A stretch of 62,828 nt of DNA from a virus (lineage: Duplodnaviria > Caudoviricetes). The stretch's first letter is position 1. Each line of letters opens with the position of its first letter. Shown one piece after another: positions 1 to 9,727 of the stretch. The notes beneath the pieces were generated by a model, which ran no database searches, was not told where the DNA came from, and saw only the letters and a list, made by a program, of their open reading frames with translations. The DNA is taken from the IMG/VR virus record IMGVR_UViG_3300003873_000011, positions 1 through 62,828 of that record; one strand, given 5' to 3'. A program made the translations under genes and the position numbers.

Positions 1-1
1 A

Positions 2-223
2 GACACTGTACAAGATTTAACTATTGCTCTACCTCTTGTACATACTATAAATGACACTATTGTGGTTTATTCTGGAGAGTCTAGTGAAAGCTATAATGTT
101 ATAGTGGATGGTAATGGTAGTTTATTAAAGAGGGTAGGTGTGTCAGATACTTTTTTACAAATAGACGTAAATGGTAGTGAAATAAAGTTCCTTAGTAATG
201 GGACAGATTGGAGAGTTATATGA
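2..223 (+). CDS. C-terminal fragment of a tail fibre-type protein (truncated by window edge)
   Basis: Frame +2 is open to TGA at 221-223: ...DTVQDLTIALP...NVIVDGNGSLL...IKFLSNGTDWRVI*, a typical phage fibre beta-sandwich ending; overlaps next ATG (ATGA). Confidence 0.6.
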   Translation, partial: DTVQDLTIALPLVHTINDTIVVYSGESSESYNVIVDGNGSLLKRVGVSDTFLQIDVNGSEIKFLSNGTDWRVI

Positions 224-1173
224 AGTTAAGTGATTTTAATAATGGTGGTGGTGGTGTTGTCGGTGAGATGAAACCTTTGAATGTTAAAGGTAAAGTAGGT
301 TTTCCACATGAGCCTTTAGGTCGTGGGAATACTACCTTATCTGAGGTAGTGACTACTGTAGGTAATGAGCAATGGCTTATTACAGGTAGCTCTATTTCTG
401 ATGTTTTACTTTACCCAGATGTAAAATGGAACTTTACTGACATGGGAATTACTCCTGCTGCATGTTCATGTCAGTCTGCTGCTATTCGTTCTGTCTCTCC
501 GTATGAAAGATACTTATATACTACAGATGGTGTTACAATTAGTAAAATTTCTATGACTGATTATACTACAACTCCTGATTTTGCTAATGCTACTTCGTTA
601 GCACTACCTACAGGATATATTAACCCTACTAGTGTTTATTTTTCAAACAGTACTTTGTATGTATCTTGTGTTGATGCAAATTCTAACAGCGTGGTTCTAT
701 CTTATGTAAATGATGTGTTTGTTTCTGAAGTAGCTAAGTTACCTGGTAGCTATAATATTATGGTTATCAATAATATTATTTATTATGCGGGAAGTAGTGG
801 GCTGGTCCATGTATACGGCTATGATATGACTACTAATACATCTTTAGGTCGTCTAAGTTCTTTCATGCTTATTTGGGGTGAGTTCTTGGGTACTGTTATA
901 GATGGTCGGTTATATACAGGTATTGGTTCGATGAGTATCTCTATATATGATGCCTCTACTCTGATTAGTGACCCAGCTTCACCTCCTCATCTCGCTGCTG
1001 TTGAAGGTATAATCCCTACAGCTACTAAATTTTCTATAGCTGAGAAATATGATACTGGCGTACTTATTCATTTATTTACTGGTTCGTCTTATTCTGTGAG
1101 TTTTTTAAAAATAGGTGATATGGCAACACCTTATTCACAATTTGGAGTACCTGTATTTATGAGGATTAAATAA
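220..1173 (+). CDS. Putative tail/receptor-binding protein
   Basis: ORF 208..1173; likely start ATG 220 after GGAG; N-terminal MKLSDF..GGGG and C-terminal VFMRIK typical of fibre-associated proteins; beta-rich. Confidence 0.5.
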   Translation: MKLSDFNNGGGGVVGEMKPLNVKGKVGFPHEPLGRGNTTLSEVVTTVGNEQWLITGSSISDVLLYPDVKWNFTDMGITPAACSCQSAAIRSVSPYERYLYTTDGVTISKISMTDYTTTPDFANATSLALPTGYINPTSVYFSNSTLYVSCVDANSNSVVLSYVNDVFVSEVAKLPGSYNIMVINNIIYYAGSSGLVHVYGYDMTTNTSLGRLSSFMLIWGEFLGTVIDGRLYTGIGSMSISIYDASTLISDPASPPHLAAVEGIIPTATKFSIAEKYDTGVLIHLFTGSSYSVSFLKIGDMATPYSQFGVPVFMRIK

Positions 1174-1258
1174 TGGAACATATAGACAGCAAAGTTATTG
1201 ACTCTTCTGTGGGTTTTTTACAACTTGTTTTAAACACATAGTTTGTAAAAGCAATGCT

Positions 1259-1699
1259 TTGCATTTTTCCCTTTACGTAAGTGTTGAAGATTTTGGAGAG
1301 TATTACCTTTTATCTCCAATCTATTGTAATTGTGTTTTTATCGGTAAGGGCTCATTCCCTAGTAGCTCTGCAGGTAGAACTACCGTAGATAAAGATATGT
1401 TAGTTGGTTTAGGTGTAGACATACTAGCTGAAGATAGAAAAGCTAATGTATCTACTCTACTTGCAAAGCAACAAGCAGAGGTAGATTCTACACCTATGAG
1501 TGCTTTGCATATAAAGTCGTTAGAGAGTATCATTGGTAAAGCGATTAGACGTTCAAGTCCTGTACGTTGGATAGTTAATGGGTTAGCTGTATCTTTAACT
1601 GTTCCTGAGGCACAAACTATGGCTGACAACGCTTCTGATTTCATAGAAGAAATTTATTTTCGTTATGAGCCTCTTATCAATGCAGCAAAAATTGCTTAG
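1259..1699 (+). CDS. Tail fibre assembly/chaperone-like protein (DUF4376-like C-terminus); true start uncertain
   Basis: C-terminal WIVNGLAVSLTVPEAQTMADNASDFIEEIY pattern; located among fibre genes; weak TTG start, may be joined by frameshift to ATG 1173. Confidence 0.4.
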   Translation: MHFSLYVSVEDFGEYYLLSPIYCNCVFIGKGSFPSSSAGRTTVDKDMLVGLGVDILAEDRKANVSTLLAKQQAEVDSTPMSALHIKSLESIIGKAIRRSSPVRWIVNGLAVSLTVPEAQTMADNASDFIEEIYFRYEPLINAAKIA

Positions 1700-1880
1700 T
1701 AGTAAGTATACACTAGCATCTTGTGATGGTGTATATTGTTAATCTGAAAATTAACATAAAGAGTGTGTTGTTTTTATACCTCTTTATCTTAGTTTTTTGT
1801 CTCTTAGCACATACCTCTTAAATTAGTGGTTTTGGTCTATTAGACTTTGTTAATAAATTTTTAAAATTGTAGGAGAGTAA

Positions 1881-2132
1881 ATGACAATAATAAGTGATAG
1901 TTTGCATGGTATACATTTAGTTGCATTAGATGAGTATCAACTAACACCTAGTACCCAAGTATCAATGCAATTGACTATAGGAGATTCTTGTGAGTACCAA
2001 TTTAATCAGTTGGATCAAGATGCTTGGAGTACTTTACGGAATGGAGAACACTTACAATGCCCACTTGGTAAGGTAGTGTACTTTAGAAGTAGTGTAAGAG
2101 ATGCTAAATTAGTAAGAACGGATGTGGTATAA
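1881..2132 (+). CDS. Hypothetical protein (small beta-rich virion protein)
   Basis: AGGAG RBS before ATG; stop overlaps the next start. Confidence 0.6.
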   Translation: MTIISDSLHGIHLVALDEYQLTPSTQVSMQLTIGDSCEYQFNQLDQDAWSTLRNGEHLQCPLGKVVYFRSSVRDAKLVRTDVV

Positions 2133-3889
2133 TGCAACAGAAAATGATTGATCCATTTGGCTTAATTAGTGGTAGTAGATCTGATAATAACTTAACTAAT
2201 GCACTAAAGGCAGCTATAGAGTTAAAGAAAGTCAAAGATGTAACTACAGACCCAGTTAATAATTGGCTTGTTGTTACGTATACAGATGGTACATCTGCTA
2301 ATCTTAATTTAGATAATATAGTTACTGATATTTATGTTGATGGTGCTTCTTTAGATGCTATCACTAATGTACTTACTTTGACTAGTTCTACTGGAGGAGC
2401 TGATGTAGTAGTTAACTTATCTGATTTTATTAATAGTTCTGAGTTTATTACAGGACAGGCTCTTAAAGTAGATAAAGTAGTTGGTAAACAACTGTCTACT
2501 GAAGACTATACCACAGCTGATAAACTTAAGTTAGGTCTTATTGAGAATGGTGCAACAGCAGACCAAACTGCTACAGAAATAAAAACTTTATATGAGAGTA
2601 ATACTAATACAAATGCTTTTACTGATACAGAAAAGTCGTTAGTTGCTAGTGCCTTGCAGAGTGCTACTACAGACCTTAGTACTTCTATAACTAGTACTAG
2701 TGTTACAATAAATAGTTCTGCTGGTACTAATACAACATTATTAGGTGCTACAAGCACTACAGCTGGTGTAATGACATCTACGGATAAAACAAAATTAGAT
2801 GGGTTAAATGACGCTAACTATGTAAAAAATAATGTTAGTAACCAACAAATGAGAAATATAATTGTTGGTGGTGGTCAGGCAGCATTAAGCGAAGGTGGTC
2901 AAATAGATTTTGTAGCATCACCAAGTAGCGGTTTATCCAATATGGTGATAGATGTATACGGTTCATCTGCAACTAATCATAACTTCAGAATGCTACAAAG
3001 AGACTCTACAAATGCTACTACAGCATTAACTTTCCCTGCTGTAACTGGGTGGGTATGGACATCAGCTAATGATGGTGTTGGGAGTGGTCTTGATGCAGAT
3101 TTGTTAGGTGGGTTAACAAGAAATCAGCTTAGTATAATAGACAATATTAATACTGCTATGACTGGTGGAGGTACAATTATATATGATGCAAATAGTAATT
3201 TATCATGGTCAAAAAGGTTCATAGCTATTGCAATAGGTAGAGGGGCTGATATTCTATCTGGATTTTTTGAAATACTTCAACCTCCTGCAGGTACAGTAAT
3301 ACATGGTGTAGGGTCTAGGACTAGCGTTACTGCAAATGCTTCTGGAATACCGTTAACTAACTGGGATACATTATGGTATAAACTCCCATTAGGCTCATCA
3401 AATGCTTCTAACAATAGCAATTTTTATATTACAAATTATCCAGGTGTAAATTTTGATGTACCAAAAGATTGGGTCATGTTGGCAACAATAAATGGTGATT
3501 CTCTTGGTTCTGATATGGTTAAGCATGCGAAGTGTGCGAATGGGGTTATCGTTCCTTTTGGTGACTCGTATAGACAAGACACAGGTATAATTAGCCCAAC
3601 TCTATTAAATGGCTGGGTTAATTACGGTGGATCATATATACTTACACAATTCACTAGAAAAGCAGGCATGGTAACTATAACAGGAATGGTTAAAGCTGGT
3701 GTTATTAGTACAACTTTACCTATATTTAATTTACCTGTTGGTTTTAGACCAAAAGGAAGAATAGTATCTACACAAATGTCTAATGGTGCAGCTTGTAGAA
3801 TGGACGTACTAGCTAACGGTGATGTGCTACCATACTCAGGTAGTAATGCTTGGTATTCATTTAACTTAACTTTTAAAGCGGAGCAATAA
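2132..3889 (+). CDS. Tail fibre protein
   Basis: Fibre motifs KVDKVVGKQLSTEDYTTADKLKL, AGVMTSTDKTKLDGL, NDGVGSGLDADLLGG; C-terminal LLNGWVNY...IFNLPVGFRP tip domain. Confidence 0.85.
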   Translation: MQQKMIDPFGLISGSRSDNNLTNALKAAIELKKVKDVTTDPVNNWLVVTYTDGTSANLNLDNIVTDIYVDGASLDAITNVLTLTSSTGGADVVVNLSDFINSSEFITGQALKVDKVVGKQLSTEDYTTADKLKLGLIENGATADQTATEIKTLYESNTNTNAFTDTEKSLVASALQSATTDLSTSITSTSVTINSSAGTNTTLLGATSTTAGVMTSTDKTKLDGLNDANYVKNNVSNQQMRNIIVGGGQAALSEGGQIDFVASPSSGLSNMVIDVYGSSATNHNFRMLQRDSTNATTALTFPAVTGWVWTSANDGVGSGLDADLLGGLTRNQLSIIDNINTAMTGGGTIIYDANSNLSWSKRFIAIAIGRGADILSGFFEILQPPAGTVIHGVGSRTSVTANASGIPLTNWDTLWYKLPLGSSNASNNSNFYITNYPGVNFDVPKDWVMLATINGDSLGSDMVKHAKCANGVIVPFGDSYRQDTGIISPTLLNGWVNYGGSYILTQFTRKAGMVTITGMVKAGVISTTLPIFNLPVGFRPKGRIVSTQMSNGAACRMDVLANGDVLPYSGSNAWYSFNLTFKAEQ

Positions 3890-3890
3890 A

Positions 3891-4250
3891 ATGGAAAAAT
3901 ATGAAGATGACTTAAAAGAAGCTAAAGAGTTAACACCAAGAGAGAATATGAGAATTCTTAAATGGTTAGTAAAGGACTGGAATTTAGGTCCTAAAGTAGC
4001 TTACGATAACAATCAAGGTAATAATGCTTTTTGGAATGGTATAGCTAAAGTATGGGGTATACCTACTAAAGAAGCTCGTAGAAGAAGTTGTGCTAATTGT
4101 GAGTACGGAAAGATAGAAGCAGATTATTTAGAGGCTATGGAGCATATACCTTATAACAAATTTGATAAAGATGGTGGTATGAGAGTATGGTGTGATGAGT
4201 TCGATTTTATATGTCATGCTACTAGGGTTTGTCAGAAATGGGAAGAATAG
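3891..4250 (+). CDS. Cys-rich putative metal-binding phage protein
   Basis: CxxC (SCANC) plus WC...FIC...VCQKW; GGAG RBS. Confidence 0.55.
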   Translation: MEKYEDDLKEAKELTPRENMRILKWLVKDWNLGPKVAYDNNQGNNAFWNGIAKVWGIPTKEARRRSCANCEYGKIEADYLEAMEHIPYNKFDKDGGMRVWCDEFDFICHATRVCQKWEE

Positions 4251-4260
4251 TGTTGTTTTA

Positions 4261-4269
4261 TGGTATTAT
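4261..4269 (+). promoter_or_regulatory. Extended -10 promoter upstream of lysis cassette
   Basis: TGGTATTAT in intergenic DNA; context TTTTATGGTAT..TTACAAAT is shared with the site at 8474. Confidence 0.45.
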
Positions 4270-4324
4270 TACAAATGAAACAGAACATTAATAAGTTCAA
4301 TATTATATTTAAGGTAGAATTACA

Positions 4325-4636
4325 ATGGAAGTAAAAATAGCTGAAGTAACTGGTGCTGTTAGTGATTTAACTAACGTATCTCAATTACAGTGGGGCAGGA
4401 TAGTAGAGATTGGGTTTATCGCTCTACTATTGTTTGCATTGTACTATTTCATTAAGCAGTTTATGAAAACTATTGATGATAGGAATGATGCAAATGAAGC
4501 TAGGCTAAACCATCTTGAGGATACCTTGAAGCTTGAACAAGACAATAAGGATAGATGTATAGCAGATTTAAGGGACACTACAGCAGAGCTAAGAGCTGTT
4601 AGACGATTATTAGAGAAGGGTTTACATGCCGATTAG
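4325..4636 (+). CDS. Putative holin
   Basis: One TM helix (IGFIALLLFALYYFI) followed by coiled coil; first gene of lysis cassette. Confidence 0.55.
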   Translation: MEVKIAEVTGAVSDLTNVSQLQWGRIVEIGFIALLLFALYYFIKQFMKTIDDRNDANEARLNHLEDTLKLEQDNKDRCIADLRDTTAELRAVRRLLEKGLHAD

Positions 4637-4910
4637 ATTGTTATGGACCTTTATACCTTTTTTTATTATTATTGTTTCAGCTCTTAGTTATCACTATACC
4701 AAGGTATCTTTTTTAAAAGCTAAAATTGACACTTGTGAATCAATTCAAAAAAAAGCTGTTAAAGCTTATGAAGTTGAGGTTAAGCAAGTTAATAAGATAG
4801 ATCACATGCTTGACAATGTAGTTAAAGATTATACAAATAACACTAGTAAAAAGGTTGTAAATGAGAATGTCAGTAGTACTGTTGGTAAGCATATTATTAC
4901 TTTTAACTAA
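4626..4910 (+). CDS. Putative i-spanin (Rz-like)
   Basis: N-terminal TM anchor, periplasmic coiled coil; overlaps a lipoprotein gene. Confidence 0.55.
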   Translation: MPIRLLWTFIPFFIIIVSALSYHYTKVSFLKAKIDTCESIQKKAVKAYEVEVKQVNKIDHMLDNVVKDYTNNTSKKVVNENVSSTVGKHIITFN

Positions 4911-5037
4911 TTGCTCTCGTAGGGTTGAGTATACACCTAAACCTACACCTAGACCTACGTTATCTTATTTTAAAGTAGATAAGATGATTTTTAAACCTTT
5001 GGAGGTTGAGTATGAAATCAAAAATAGTGGAGATTAA
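4861..5037 (+). CDS. Putative o-spanin (Rz1-like lipoprotein), 58 aa, not in ORF track
   Basis: MRMSVVLLVSILLLLTNC lipoprotein signal, then Pro-rich TPKPTPRPT; overlaps 3' end of i-spanin. Confidence 0.65.
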   Translation: MRMSVVLLVSILLLLTNCSRRVEYTPKPTPRPTLSYFKVDKMIFKPLEVEYEIKNSGD

Positions 5038-5176
5038 ATTAGAAGATTGGGAAGCCTTAATTGCAAAGATTCGTAAGAAGGATGAGTACATAACTAAATT
5101 GGAGAGATCTAATAAGGCTTATGAAGAACAAATAAAAATATACAAAAGGTATAAAGATGAGACACAAAAAGTTTAG
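5012..5176 (+). CDS. Small coiled-coil protein in lysis cassette, 54 aa, not in ORF track
   Basis: GGAGG at 5001-5005, ATG 5012; MKSKIVEIKLEDWEALIAKIRKKDEYITKLERSNKAYEEQIKIYKRYKDETQKV*. Confidence 0.55.
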   Translation: MKSKIVEIKLEDWEALIAKIRKKDEYITKLERSNKAYEEQIKIYKRYKDETQKV

Positions 5177-5660
5177 TTCTGTAGGTAAGGTTTTAAATCC
5201 TTTAGAGCTTTATAAAACAAATAGAGAAGTAAACAAGTTAGTTATCCACTGCACTGCTACTGTCAGTAAAAATATTGGTGTAGATGCTAATATGGTAGAT
5301 GGTTGGCACAGGGATAGATGGGGTTCTGGTATAGGTTACCATTATCTCGTTAAGAGAGATGGTACACTTGAAAAAGGTAGATGGGTTGACTATATAGGTT
5401 CTCATGCTAAAGGTGAGAATGTTGGTTCAATCGGAATAGTTTATTCAGGTGGTGTTAAAGTTGACCCTAGTGGTAAGCTAGTATCTGATATAGATAATCT
5501 AACTACCGAACAGCTAAAAACTTTAACAACTACTGTAGACTCTTTAAAAAAGTTGTATGGTATTGATACTAATATGGTGTTTGGGCACAGAGAACTCCCT
5601 AACGTAGCTAAAGATTGTCCTTGTATGGATATGGATGCGTTTAGAAATTCTTTAAGCTAG
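5157..5660 (+). CDS. Endolysin, N-acetylmuramoyl-L-alanine amidase (T7 lysozyme/Amidase_2 type)
   Basis: IHCTAT, IGYHY, GSHAKG, GHRE and KDCP motifs. Confidence 0.92.
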   Translation: MRHKKFSSVGKVLNPLELYKTNREVNKLVIHCTATVSKNIGVDANMVDGWHRDRWGSGIGYHYLVKRDGTLEKGRWVDYIGSHAKGENVGSIGIVYSGGVKVDPSGKLVSDIDNLTTEQLKTLTTTVDSLKKLYGIDTNMVFGHRELPNVAKDCPCMDMDAFRNSLS

Positions 5661-5664
5661 TTTG

Positions 5665-5673
5665 TGGTATGAT
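5665..5673 (+). promoter_or_regulatory. Extended -10 promoter upstream of portal
   Basis: TGGTATGAT in the short gap before the portal RBS. Confidence 0.4.
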
Positions 5674-5698
5674 TTCAGTAAATAATGGAAGGTGTTAA

Positions 5699-7864
5699 AT
5701 GGCAATAGAAATGAATAAACCTCCTCTTGCTGAAGTTGTCAACATACAACCTACTTGGAGTAAAGCTCCTACTAGAAACGACTTGTATAATGATTATGCT
5801 TCAGCTCTTAGTGGACAAGAAGATTATAGAGCTAAACTAAGAGAGTATAAGTCTATTCTTGAAGGTGGAGCTAAACCTAAAACTAGGGTTGGTAAGAGTA
5901 CTGCTGTATCTCTATTAGCTAGAGAACATGCAGAATGGACTAAACCTGTTCTATCTGAAGCAATCCTAAGTACTAAGAATATGTTTAAGATTTCTCCAGT
6001 TGGTAGTGAAGATTCTTTAGCAGCTACCCAGAACTCTTTAGTAATTAATAATCAATGGAGTAACAAGATTAATAAAGTTAAGCTTGTTAATGATATTGTT
6101 CTTAACATTGTAGAGGAAGGTACTGTTGTAGTCAAAACTGGTTGGGAAGCTGTAGAGGGTGTTAAAGAGGTTGAGAAAGAAAAACCTACCTTCGCTACTC
6201 AAGAACAACTTTTAGCTATGGTACAACAAGGGCAAATGAGTGCTGAAGAAGTACAACAATCTATTGATACTAATCAACCTATACAAGTAGGTACAGAGAT
6301 AGTTTATGTTGAAGAACCTACTTTGATAAAGAATCAACCTTACTATGAGGTATGTACTAATGCTAATGTAACTATAGACCCTACTTGTAATGGTGTTGTA
6401 GAAGATGCTAAGTTTGTTATATATGAGTTTGATACTTCTTATGCAGAATTAAAACAAGATGAGTATACTAAAGATCCTGAGACAGGTGATGAGTCAGGGT
6501 TTTATTATAATGTAGATAGATTTAAATTAGGTGATGATAGTGACCCTGCTTATGATGAGTTTAAGACTGCTGCTTCTAATAATTTTGACTTTGATGATAC
6601 TTCACTTAAAAGATTGAGAGCTTATGAGTATTGGGGTTATCGTGATATACGTGGTGATGGTAACCTTGTTAGTATTGTAGCCACATGGATTGGCAATACT
6701 TTAGTTCGTTTAGAGGAGAATCCTTTCCCTCATGGCAGAATACCTTTTAGCACTGCTGCTTATATGCCTAGAAAAGGCCAGTATCAAGGTGAACCTGATG
6801 CTAGTTTATTACAACAAAGTCAAGCTAGAATAGGTAGAATGAATAGAGCTATTGATGATAAGACTGCTGAAGATGCTATTGGTCAGAAGTTTATCCATGA
6901 AAGTTTCTTAAAACCCTCTGCTAAGAATGCTATGGAAAAAGGTAATACAACGTATTATTCAGGTAATATGCATCCTAGAGACGCTATTTGGAAGAATGAT
7001 GTACAACCTTTAGGTTCTACCCAATTTGATATTATAGCTAGAGAAGAGAAGAAAGCTTCTGAGTTGAGTGGTAGTATTGCTTTCGCTGGACCTAGTAGTA
7101 ATCCTAAACTTGGTGGTGGTGTTGGGCAAAAGAGTTCTATGGATTCTACAGCCCAAAGGAGGCTAAGTGTTCTTAGGAGAATTGGTACTATGTTTGAAGA
7201 TATGGCTAGAATGACTGTAGCTATGAATCAAGTATATTTATCTGAAACAGAGATTGTTCGTAGTACTGGAGATCAGTTTGTTACAATAGCTAGAGATGAC
7301 TTAGAAGGTAGACTTGACTTTAATGTAGAAATATCAACCCCTGAGAAGGATGAAGAACAAGCTAATAGAATTATGACTCTTATGCAAACTAATGCTGCTT
7401 CTCAGAAACCTGAGACTGTAGAGATGATGTATGTTAAGATGCTAGAACTATGGAAGATGCCTGAAGAAGCTCAAGCTATCCGAGATCAACAGCCACCTCC
7501 ACCAGACCCTAGACAAGAGAGGTTACTAGATTTACAAATACAGAAAGAAGAGTTAGATAATGCTATTAAAGCAAAAACACTTGAGGATCTTGATAGTAAG
7601 ATATTTGAACGTATGTCTCGTGTTGATGAGAACTTACAAGCTGATGTTGCTAAGAAACAAGCTGAAGCTAACAAAGCTAATGCTACTGCTGAGAAGTTGA
7701 GTATTGAGACAGATATAGCTACTCAAATGTTCTTAGATAATGATAGTGGTAAAAAACGACAAGAGGACTTAGAAGATAGAGAACTAGATGCTATCTATAA
7801 AGAGAGAGAAGCTGAATTACAACAATCTACAAATATAGACAAAGCTGTTAGAGTTGTTGTGTAA
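5699..7864 (+). CDS. Portal protein (N4 gp59-like)
   Basis: 721 aa; EEGTVVVKTGW, NVTIDPTC, AYEYWG, VATWIGNTLVRLEENPFP motifs of N4-type portals; position upstream of capsid genes. Confidence 0.88.
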   Translation: MAIEMNKPPLAEVVNIQPTWSKAPTRNDLYNDYASALSGQEDYRAKLREYKSILEGGAKPKTRVGKSTAVSLLAREHAEWTKPVLSEAILSTKNMFKISPVGSEDSLAATQNSLVINNQWSNKINKVKLVNDIVLNIVEEGTVVVKTGWEAVEGVKEVEKEKPTFATQEQLLAMVQQGQMSAEEVQQSIDTNQPIQVGTEIVYVEEPTLIKNQPYYEVCTNANVTIDPTCNGVVEDAKFVIYEFDTSYAELKQDEYTKDPETGDESGFYYNVDRFKLGDDSDPAYDEFKTAASNNFDFDDTSLKRLRAYEYWGYRDIRGDGNLVSIVATWIGNTLVRLEENPFPHGRIPFSTAAYMPRKGQYQGEPDASLLQQSQARIGRMNRAIDDKTAEDAIGQKFIHESFLKPSAKNAMEKGNTTYYSGNMHPRDAIWKNDVQPLGSTQFDIIAREEKKASELSGSIAFAGPSSNPKLGGGVGQKSSMDSTAQRRLSVLRRIGTMFEDMARMTVAMNQVYLSETEIVRSTGDQFVTIARDDLEGRLDFNVEISTPEKDEEQANRIMTLMQTNAASQKPETVEMMYVKMLELWKMPEEAQAIRDQQPPPPDPRQERLLDLQIQKEELDNAIKAKTLEDLDSKIFERMSRVDENLQADVAKKQAEANKANATAEKLSIETDIATQMFLDNDSGKKRQEDLEDRELDAIYKEREAELQQSTNIDKAVRVVV

Positions 7865-7873
7865 GGAGATTAA

Positions 7874-8110
7874 ATGCCTAGTATAGAGAACCCATATATT
7901 AAGATGAATCCTACTTTAGAAGCTGCTAAACTTACAGCTACAAGGAAAGGGTCTTCTTTAGTTGAACAGTATGCCGTTGAAGATACACGAAAAGAGTATG
8001 AGAGAGAACGTCAGTTAGCTTTAAGTCAAATGCAACAACCACAACAATTATATCTAAATCAAATGCAACAACCAGAAGTCCCTCCTATCAATGGAGGATT
8101 TAATGTCTGA
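7874..8110 (+). CDS. Hypothetical Gln-rich protein
   Basis: AAGGAG RBS; 78 aa; overlaps next gene. Confidence 0.6.
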   Translation: MPSIENPYIKMNPTLEAAKLTATRKGSSLVEQYAVEDTRKEYERERQLALSQMQQPQQLYLNQMQQPEVPPINGGFNV

Positions 8111-8462
8111 GTTAGAGATAGAGATAAAACAGTTTAATGATGATTTAGTAAATGAAGAGCGTCACTTGAAGCTTTATAAGTCTTTACAATCTCTCAGGTC
8201 TAATGATGATTTTAAATTAGTTTTTGAGCAAGTATTTATTAAAGAACAATCTGAGGAGTTACTAGACAAACTTATAAATCCTAATATAAGTCTAGTTGAA
8301 CTTGAAGATAAGTCTGATATAATTACAAAGTTAGATTTGATTAGGCTCTTTAATGAATACTTTGGTGTTAACGGCACTATTGAAAATAGAGGTATTTTGG
8401 CTATGGATAGGATAACTAACAAAGACCAAATTTTAGAAGAAATAAGAAAAACTTACGTATAG
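8103..8462 (+). CDS. N4 gp58-like protein
   Basis: LYKSLQSLRSNDDFKLVF pattern and position between portal and gp57; likely start 8103 after GGAGGA. Confidence 0.55.
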   Translation: MSELEIEIKQFNDDLVNEERHLKLYKSLQSLRSNDDFKLVFEQVFIKEQSEELLDKLINPNISLVELEDKSDIITKLDLIRLFNEYFGVNGTIENRGILAMDRITNKDQILEEIRKTYV

Positions 8463-8473
8463 CTGTATTTTTA

Positions 8474-8482
8474 TGGTATACT
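8474..8482 (+). promoter_or_regulatory. Extended -10 promoter upstream of gp57-like/capsid genes
   Basis: TGGTATACT in intergenic DNA. Confidence 0.5.
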
Positions 8483-8504
8483 TACAAATAAATAAGGAAT
8501 GTAA

Positions 8505-9677
8505 ATGGAAGATGAACTAGAACTTGATGAAGATTTGATTAAGTTTGAGGCTATGGCTAATGGTACTTGGGTTCCTGATGAAGAAGAGTCAGAACCATCT
8601 GAAGAAATTGAAGGTGCTGAAGAAGTAACTGAAGACGAATCAGAAGAAGAAACTCCTGTTGAGGAAGACGTAGCTGAGGAAGATCTTGAAGCTGATAATG
8701 AACCTGAAGATGTTGAAGATGAGGTTGAAGATGAGGTTGAAGACATTGAAGACGAGACTCCTCCTACCACTGATGTCGAAGAACCTACAGTAGATCCTAG
8801 GATTGCTTTCTATGATGCATTAATGAATGCTGAGTACCAATATAATGGTAAAAAGGTTAAAGCTCCTGAAGACCCAGCTAAGTTTATTGAAGCTATTAAT
8901 GTTGCTAATCAAAATGCTGATAAAGCTAGTAAATTCAGACAAGCTGAACCTTTTATTGAAGCTATGAAAGATGGTGGTTTACTGGATGATCAAGATAAGT
9001 TTAGGTTAGCTCTTGATTTAATTAAAGGTGATCCTGAAGCTATTAAGAAACATATTAAAGATCTTGATATAGACCCTCTTGATATGGATTTAGAAGAAAT
9101 TGCATATAAACCTTCTACTCAACTGAAAACACAAGTTTCTTATGCTATTAACGACGCTATTAATATTGCTAGTCAAAATGGTTATGGTGAGAAGTATAAC
9201 TCTTTAGTTGAGACTATACTAGAGGATGATGTTAGTTTTGACAAGTTCAGCAAAGATCCTATTATTAGGCAAGATTTCCTTAATCATATGCAAGACGGTA
9301 CTTACGATAAGGTTATGTCCGAGGTAAACAGACTCTCTGCATTCGATTTTGATAATAGAATGAAGAATACTCCTTTTATAGAGAAGTACGCTTATGCATT
9401 TAATAACCTCCCTCCTGAAACTCCAGCAGTGACTGAACCTCCTGTCAGCACTCCTGAACCTAAAGTTAAACCTCAGATAGATGAGGCTTCTCTCAGAGAA
9501 CAGATACGAAAAGAGTTAAAGGAGGAACAAGCAGCAGCTAGCAGAAAGAAGGCAAGTTCTGTTAGTAAAAGGAAAGTATCTTCACCACCTAAAAGTAAGG
9601 TAGTTAACCCTATTGACCTTGATGGTGATGAATTTGACAAACATATGGAATTTTTAATTTCTGGTGGTAGGGGTTAG
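8505..9677 (+). CDS. N4 gp57-like protein (probable scaffold; often annotated tape measure)
   Basis: Very acidic N-terminus; LIKGDPEAIKKHIKDLDIDPLDMD motif; immediately upstream of MCP. Confidence 0.7.
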   Translation: MEDELELDEDLIKFEAMANGTWVPDEEESEPSEEIEGAEEVTEDESEEETPVEEDVAEEDLEADNEPEDVEDEVEDEVEDIEDETPPTTDVEEPTVDPRIAFYDALMNAEYQYNGKKVKAPEDPAKFIEAINVANQNADKASKFRQAEPFIEAMKDGGLLDDQDKFRLALDLIKGDPEAIKKHIKDLDIDPLDMDLEEIAYKPSTQLKTQVSYAINDAINIASQNGYGEKYNSLVETILEDDVSFDKFSKDPIIRQDFLNHMQDGTYDKVMSEVNRLSAFDFDNRMKNTPFIEKYAYAFNNLPPETPAVTEPPVSTPEPKVKPQIDEASLREQIRKELKEEQAAASRKKASSVSKRKVSSPPKSKVVNPIDLDGDEFDKHMEFLISGGRG

Positions 9678-9727
9678 ACTACTCTAACTTTTACTTGGTA
9701 TATACATTTTAAATAAGGAAAACTAAT

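Noticed and set aside
8700-8755. GAAGATGAGGTT short tandem repeats
   Set aside because: Simply encode the acidic EDEV tract of the gp57-like protein.
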